A program made the position numbers and the translations under genes. The notes below the pieces were generated by a model. The model saw only the letters and a list, made by a program, of their open reading frames with translations, had not been told where the DNA came from and made no database searches. From NCBI RefSeq assembly GCF_009914755.1, contig NC_060939.1: a stretch of DNA of 64,000 bases; one strand, given 5' to 3'. The stretch's first letter is position 1. Each line of letters opens with the position of its first letter. The stretch comes from the human T2T-CHM13v2.0 reference genome, Homo sapiens. Of the stretch, positions 57,026 through 64,000 are shown piece after piece.

Positions 57026-57687
57026 CTGTAAGAAACAGAGAGTCAACTTGAACGATCACCCCATTTAAAATAAGAAAGCTGAAATGTGAGAATGGGTACG
57101 GTGGAGGGCAATGGCGGAGAAGAGGAAAGGGGCTTTGGCAAAATACAAGAAAGAAACTGGTGCCTTAAATTAGTGGAGTCTCTGAAGAAGAATCAGGGCA
57201 TTCTGGTCCTGGCCCCATTAAGGGGGACCTGGTACGACTAAGCTGTAGCCAGGAACTCAGGGTCGTTCTCAGGGCCTCGAGTTCCATATCCAGCAGTCCA
57301 AGAGGCTGTGGCTCTCCACTGCTGCCTGGGACCGCTCGGAGAGGCGCCCAGCTTCCTTGCCTCCCGGGCACTCCCGGGTCCCTCACAGCCCCTCTCCCCA
57401 ATTCTTGTTCAAGTAGCTGGAGGCGGGGGAAAAAGGCCAAGCCCCAGATTAGGAGCAGGTCAACTTTAATTCGAGGGTCGACCCCTGTATTCCTGCTGGG
57501 GGGGAAAACAAACACCCATATTTATCTCCACTTCCAATTCGCCCCCAGGCTCAGGGATGGGGAGGAGGCGTAGAGAGCGGACTGGGCCAGAGGAACAGAT
57601 AGGGTGTCCCTGGCCTTTCCTCCTTTCAAGTAAAGCTCCGAGGAAAGGGGAGGGGTAGTGAGGGACTGCCCGAAGTTGAGTGGATCA

Positions 57688-57912
<225 letters not shown>

Positions 57913-59376
57913 TCAACAAGTTTGGAGGGTGTGGAGTCCTTCTTTAATACAACAGGCACGCACCACACTTTACAACCCTTCCTCCATCAGGCGAGCCTAA
58001 GCCAGAAACAGAAAGGGAAAAGGGCCTGGCCCTCTCCCGCAGCTCAGAGGTCCCTCAGATCTGGCCAGAGAAGACCCCGGCCACTGCAGCCCGACAAATA
58101 AAAACAGCCTCAGTTGGAACGTAATGAAACATCCGAGACGCTCAGGCAGTCTGGAGCCCGAGTCGATTCTGATCCACTCCCCACACTACGGAGGCCGCGG
58201 AACCAACCCCTGAGACCCAGCCCTGACCTCCCAAGAAGGGAACACTGTGTGAAATTGAAAAAAAAATAGTTTTAACTCTGCATTTTAATGGGCATTTCAG
58301 ACGAGGCCAAAGGCTTCACCTACATACACACCGGAGTGACACTTCATAAATGCAAGAGAATGCTCTTTTAATCTCTCCACCTCCTTGCCTTATAAACTTG
58401 TTTGCTCCTGTTCTACTAAAGCCACAGTGTGGGGGCCAAAATAATAGGAAGGTTACACACTGGAGAGCTTCCTTCCAAAGACCACATTTCTCCCAGCGTT
58501 GCAGCAGACAAAAATAAATAAATCGTGTTTTAAAACTTTAAGTGTGCGTGCGCGTATGCCCTTTGTGTTCCTCCGGGCGGCTTAGCCACACTTCGGGATG
58601 CTTGCGGCCTCTGGCTTGGGGCTCAGTTGCTGTTTACCCACTGTCCCCTCCCCTCGGCATCCCGTCGCTTTGCCCACCTACCCTCAGCCGGAAGAGCTCG
58701 TGTGGTACACGTTAGGATCGTGCATCTCACCCCTCGCCAAGTGCTCTCAGAATATAAAATAATTTCCAGCCATCTTCCTTACTCCCCCTAAGAGCGGCTC
58801 CAAGCAAGCAAGAGTCCCTTCCACCTCGCTGCACTTCGAGGTCTGCCCCCTTTATTTACAGAGAATTAAGAAGTGGGTGATTAGGACTTCCTGGCCGACA
58901 GAAGCAGCCCTGATCCCAGCTCAAGCTGCTGTTAGTGACTCCCAGACCCTCAGTAGGAAACAGAAGAAAAAAAAGTAAAAAATAAAAAAACCCAAAGTTG
59001 CTTCTCATCGGCAGGAAACTTTCTCCTTCGTCAAGGCCTCTGTTAGGGAGCCTGAAACGAGCAGTCCTGCGTCCTTTGGCCAGGAATCCTGTCCTCGGGG
59101 AGAAGGCCCCGGCAAGATTCTGGGGACTCAGTCACTCCAGGCTGTGGGGTCTGGAGTGGTCGGGCTGTGAGAGCGAAAGAGGCTAGTTCTTCGGGGCTTT
59201 GACTCCAGGGGCAGAAGAGCAGGCCCCCTCCACGGTCCCTTCCTAAGGCAAGCGGCGCCCGCCCCCCACCATACAGAAGTAACTCCCCACTTAGTCGTCC
59301 ACCTTCCCACCCCCACAGAGACAAACACACACTCTCACACTCACACACAGTAAGCTGGGTCCGGGGGGTCAGTTTA

Positions 59377-59613
<237 letters not shown>

Positions 59614-59788
59614 TCAGAACCCGGGAAGGGGGAGGGGGCGCAGGAGGTGAGGGAGAACAGAGGAGGGGGGTGGAAAGGGAAAAAGAGCAGGGAGAAGAGG
59701 GCGAACAGAAAAGAGAGGAAGGGATAAAGATGAGAGAGAGGGAGGGAGGTAAGAGAGAAGAGAGGAGGAGGAGGAAAAGGAGGAGAGG

Positions 59789-59790
<2 letters not shown>

Positions 59791-59834
<44 letters not shown>
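59791..59834. repeat. (GA)22 microsatellite in intron 1
   Basis: Direct reading. Confidence 0.95.
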
Positions 59835-59837
<3 letters not shown>

Positions 59838-60309
59838 TAAAAATAAAAACAAAGTCAGAAAGGAGAAAAGTACCGAGCACAAGTTGAGCACACAGAAACC
59901 AAACCAGCCAAAACAACGGAGTTAAAAGTTGTGAGGAAAAAATGTTATTAAATTTAAAAATGAAAAAGCATGAACCAAGAGCAACGTTTAGAGAAGGAAG
60001 AGGAGGCGGCGAGGCCGGGGATTTGAGGGGGCGCCGGGAGGCCCCGCTCCCGCCGGAGGCAACAGAACCGTAGCGAGCCAACGGAGGGAGAAGTGGAGTT
60101 AGTGTGAGGAGGAAGCCCCGGATCCCACCCCTAACCCCCCTTCGCCTCCTCTGAGGATCCAATAAATCAAAAGGCGAAATGAAACAAAATAAAGAGAAGA
60201 AAAACGCTAATAATCAGCACGAGAACGCCGAGGACTAGGAAAGACTAGGGCCAGTGCCTCCCCGGGGGCAGGGAGCGGAGGGTGGGGGGGCGAATAACGT
60301 GAAAGTTAC

Positions 60310-60318
60310 CAGAAACAT
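60310..60318 (-). CDS. MEIS2: Alternative first coding exon (MFL)
   Basis: TAA ATA ATG TTT CTG|GTAACT: A at -3, in-frame upstream stop, phase 0 donor compatible with exon 2, inside the CpG island. Confidence 0.7.
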
Positions 60319-60863
60319 TATTTAGCAGCGGATTCCCTGCGTCCTTGTCAATTTCAGAGACAAAACAAGCAGCCCAGGCTAGTAGTCTAGGCGGCGGCGC
60401 AGCGGCTGCGGCAGCGCGGCCCCAGCGGCGGCCCCGGCGGCGGCTCCTACGCAGCCCGTGCCCGCCCCGAGCCGCGCGAGCCACGGCGGCAGCGGCGCAG
60501 CAGCGGCAGCAGGAGAACCGGGGGAATCGCGCTGCTGGGGTAAAAGCTGGAGCGAGGCGAAAGCGTGTAACGATTGCACACGCACACACACACACCACTC
60601 ACACGCACTCGCCGCCCGCCCGCTCGCACAGCGCTGGAACACGCGCGCCCAGACACGCACACACGCACGCACACACACTCGCACACACGCAGAGGCACGG
60701 GAGGGAAAGAAGCCGATGAATAATTTTGCTATTTTTTAAAATACTGGCCGCCATCATCAAGCAGCGAGCAGCAGCAGAAGCGTTGAAGGGAGAGGAGGCA
60801 TCGGGACAGGCCCCTCTTAGGAGAGGATTTATATCTAGGTAAGTGTTGGAGATTTAAACCTAC

Positions 60864-60875
60864 CCTTTGCGCCAT
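60864..60875 (-). CDS. MEIS2: MEIS2 coding exon 1 (MAQR)
   Basis: ATGGCGCAAAGG followed by donor GTAGGT (60863-60858); phase 0 into exon 2. Confidence 0.95.
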
Positions 60876-61098
60876 CAGTCTGCGCTCCAATAAACTCCTG
60901 GATGTGTCGTATATTTAATATCCCAGTCCGGATAAGAAAGTGATCTAGGCTGAAGATTCCTTTTTTTTTTTTCCAAACCAAAGAGACTTCTCCCAATTCT
61001 CCAATATGCTATTTTTTAGGGGGGAAAAAAAGCCCAGTCTAGACAACGAAGAATTTTTTTTTCTGTGATATTTCTTCTTTTTCTCTTTTTTCCTCTTC

Positions 61099-61168
61099 TT
61101 CCTCCTCCTCCTGATCTTCCTCCTCCTCCTCCACCTCCTCCTCCTCCCCCCTCCCCTCCTCCTCCTCT
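61099..61168. repeat. Imperfect (CCT)n / sense (GGA)n tract in the 5' leader
   Basis: cctcctcctc...ccacctcctcctcctccccc... Confidence 0.85.
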
Positions 61169-61349
61169 TCGGTCCTCCTTTCCCCCTCTTTCTCTTCTCT
61201 TCCCCTCAGTTGGAAAAAAAAAGAAAGAAAAGAAAAAGAAGAAAAAGAAGAAAAAAATTGTCAAGCCCCCGAACTGAAGGTTACGAGCGGCCCGTCAGCA
61301 GCCCACATGTAACCGAACTGTCGTGTTTCATGGCTTTTTGCCACTCCAG

Positions 61350-61359
61350 CTGTCAATCA
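61350..61359 (-). promoter_or_regulatory. PBX-MEIS/PREP decamer TGATTGACAG
   Basis: Exact match (plus-strand CTGTCAATCA), extended TTGATTGACAGCTG. Confidence 0.6.
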
Positions 61360-62099
61360 AAGCCCGGAATGTCAAGGTAGTGAATGAATGATGGTTGATG
61401 ATGATGAAGAGGAGGAATCTTTCAGACCCGTTTTTTTCTTCCAGTAAAACTCCGCGAGGGGTTTCTGCTTCTTGAATTTTTTCCTCCCCCCTCCCCCCTT
61501 TTTTAGCTTTGCCCCCGCGGTATCTATAATACGATCCTCTCTCTTTAAAGTATTGTTCAAAGAAAGCAGTGAGAAAAATCAAGAAAAAAAAATGAATAGT
61601 TTGCAAAAATTGGACTTCCTCCCCCCCTTTCCTGGTAGGTATTTTGTCTCTCCCTCTCTCTCTTTCTCGCTCGCTCGCTCGCTCTCACTCGCGCTCGCTC
61701 TCTCGCGCTCGCTCTCTCTCGCTCTCTTTCTCTCTCTGGGAGATGAGTGAGTGTCAGTAGGTGTTGGCAGGTTGGCTGCTGCCTGGCTTATTGAAGAGCC
61801 TCAGTTTGGCGGCGCGGGTCGGCGGCGGGAGAACGAAATGACGGAACCCGGAAGTCGTGGTGGCCATAGCCCGTCGTACGGCGGAGACACATCCCGGGAG
61901 TGGGGAGCGGGAGCGAGGAGGAGCGCGCCGCGCCGAGCCTCTGATATGCAACGAGTGCGATCGGACAGCCCCGGCTGGGGGGGTGGGGGAGGCGGGGGGG
62001 CGGGAGGGGGAGGGGAGGCTCGAGCCGGGCGGACCCGAGCAAATCAGCAAGCCTGCTCCTCCACGGGGATGGGGGACGGCGGGGGGGAGGAAAAGGAGA

Positions 62100-62170
62100 G
62101 TGTGTCTGTGTGTGTGAGTGTGTGTGTATGTGTGTGCGTGCGCGCGTGTGTGTTGCGCGCGCGCGCGCGC
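62100..62170. repeat. (TG)n-(CG)n alternating purine-pyrimidine tract
   Basis: tgtgtg...gcgcgcgcgcgcgcgc. Confidence 0.85.
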
Positions 62171-62300
62171 GAACAGGGAGAGAGGGAGAGGGGGAGAGAG
62201 AAGAGGACAGGGAGAGCGCAGAGAGGAAAACTGCAGAAAACCACAGGGAAAGTACGGTACCGCCTCAGATCTTTTCATTTAAAAAAAAAAAAAAACTTAC

Positions 62301-62700
62301 TTCTAGTTCATTTTCCCATCACTCCCGGCTCCTGCCTAACTGGGTCTTGCCGGGGACGTTTGGCATGGCGCTCTAGCTTTTGTTCCTTTTAATTCCGCGG
62401 CCTCCCTCTCCTCTGCCCGCCGATTACAGCACCCCGAAGGCTTCCTGCTAACGTCCAAGGGCAGCAAGCTCTGCAGACGGTACCACTGCCGGGCTAAATT
62501 TTTTATTAAGTGGCACTTTCTTTTCTGCGCAGATCCAGCAACCTTGTCAATACTCATTTTTTTCCAGGACCAGAAGAGACCAGCTTAACTCAGAGCACAC
62601 TCCCTCCAAGCGGTGCGGACAAGGGGCCACCCCGAGAGTCTTTGGGGGCCGCGGCGGAATCGGGAGGGAGGAAGTGAGGAGGCAGTCATCTGGGTCCGAT
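62301..62700 (-). other. MEIS2: Candidate upstream non-coding first exon (5' end approximate)
   Basis: Strong donor GAA|GTAAGT at 62300-62295. ATGs within the exon close before the donor, so splicing to exon 2 would initiate at the exon-2 ATG (MDGVG). Confidence 0.55.
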
Positions 62701-62710
62701 GTAGCCAAGG

Positions 62711-62711
<1 letters not shown>

Positions 62712-62757
<46 letters not shown>

Positions 62758-62781
62758 CCCGCGCGCCCGTGCGCGCGCGCG
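62712..62781. repeat. (GT)n followed by (CG)n runs
   Basis: Direct reading. Confidence 0.9.
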
Positions 62782-63497
62782 ACTAGTGTGCGTCTCCAAA
62801 GTGGATCTCACTCAGAGCTGGGAAGCACAGGAGGAAAAGACGGAGAGAGTGGGGGAGAAAGAAGTTGCCGGGCGAGGAGGAGTGGCCGGCGCTCACAGCC
62901 CAGCTTTGTTGTGGTCGCCCGAGGCGCAGCGGCGGGCCGCGGTAACGCCTGCTAATGGCTGTGTTAATTACACAGGGGCGATTTCGCGGGGTCAGGGAGA
63001 TGGGGCCAGCTCCGAAAGAACTTTTCCAAAAAGGAAAAGGAAACGAAGGGAACTACCCCACACCGTTTGGGTGGAAACTAGTTGTGGCCGGTGCCTTGTC
63101 CTCCCTGGCCCGAGCTGCACCAGGCTTCACCTCTGCGCGGCTGGTTTCCCGGCGGCCGCGCGTCAATCACTACGAGCCCGGAGTTGGGGGCGGAGCCACG
63201 GTCACCCCGCGCAAGCCTTGCCGCCCAGCAGCCCCCATGCCCCTCGGCCCCTTGTGGCGCGGCCGGGCGGACAGGCGCTGGAAGCGCGTCCTCTCCCCAA
63301 CTTCTCGCTCTCGCCCTCCCAGTCCCTGGCCCAGAGAGTGGAAAGCGGACTGTTGTTCTCCAACAGCCGCATCCCTCCCCAACTTTGAACCCATTCTGAG
63401 AAGTGGAGAGTAGTGTCTTCCGCGAGCCGCGTCTAACCGACTTTCCCGCGGAGGGAGGGTGGGATGGGGGAGGTTGATTAGAGAGAATAAAGTACTC

Positions 63498-63507
63498 TGT
63501 GTGTGTG

Positions 63508-63548
<41 letters not shown>
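63498..63548. repeat. Compound (TG)n(AG)n microsatellite
   Basis: Direct reading. Confidence 0.85.
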
Positions 63549-64000
63549 CGGGGAGGAGGGCGGGTGGGAGGGCTCTTTTTTTTGGCCCCCGTTCCATGTT
63601 CCCTGCTTCACTGTAAGCTTTCGAGCAACAGAAACTAGGCTAAGATTGCAGCCTGCAGAGACTCCAAGCGGAGTCGGAGAAATTTGGCCTCGTTTTAATA
63701 GGGCTGAGGAATGAACTCCGGAGGTCAATAAAGCCCTCCAAAAATGATGAATGATTGAGCACCTGTGATGATGATAGTGATTACCAGAGCAATTAAACAG
63801 TTTGATTAAATGAGCCATCATAACAATGATGTCTGCGGGAAATCGGCCCTCACATATAAAGAAAGATAGTGCGAAGGGGCTGGCAGAGGCGCGGATAGCG
63901 CGACGCCAGGGAGAGGGGCTGCGGGCCGCGAGGTTTCTGCCCAATGGCCCGAGCAGGGACGGCCAGACTCACGGAGCTTCAGGGAGGAGAGTGTAGCCCA

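Larger units (their letters stand above)
60876..61960 (-). other. MEIS2: Long 5' UTR/leader of exon 1 (upper bound approximate)
   Basis: Contiguous with the start codon; extends into the GC-rich core promoter; contains (GGA)n and purine/pyrimidine blocks. Confidence 0.6.

Noticed and set aside
61016-63944. Long ORFs (213, 223, 288 aa etc.) around the promoter
   Set aside because: They are explained by stop-poor GC-rich and simple-repeat sequence, occur in several frames on both strands, are low complexity and resemble no protein I recognise.

Overview
This window is mammalian, and primate given its Alu and L1PA content. It is very probably human 15q14, containing the 5' half of MEIS2 (TALE-class homeobox gene) on the minus strand. 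Coding exons 1-7 assemble with canonical GT-AG junctions into 754 nt (251 codons + 1 nt): MAQR|YDELPHYGG...DAIYG|[18 protein letters not shown]...FAKQ|VRAEK...LDNL|MIQAIQ...ELEK|VHELCDNF...LADH|NPSSW...SSEQG. This covers the MEINOX/Hth (PBX-interaction) region. The homeodomain exons lie beyond position 1, so 1-45183 is all intron 7. A CpG-island promoter complex spans about 56.5-64 kb. The introns carry nine Alu/FLAM elements, MIR, L2, L1M and MER5 fossils, a young L1PA 3' end and a retroposed Y3 RNA. Almost all ORFs in the supplied track are spurious. I see no CRISPR array, operon or new protein-coding gene. The best leads concern regulation and isoforms: (1) an internal GC-rich first exon in intron 4 whose 37-codon ORF ends exactly at a GTGAGT donor in frame with exon 5; (2) a set of plus-strand splice signals implying a spliced antisense RNA across the start codon; (3) a 434-nt AG-exclusion zone with a distant branch-point candidate before exon 2; (4) a perfect PBX-MEIS decamer and two uORFs in the 5' leader; (5) a perfect DR2 retinoid element and a phased TGACA cluster in the introns; (6) a CCAATC minisatellite; (7) several template-switch scars. 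Some of these may already be annotated; I could not check databases.
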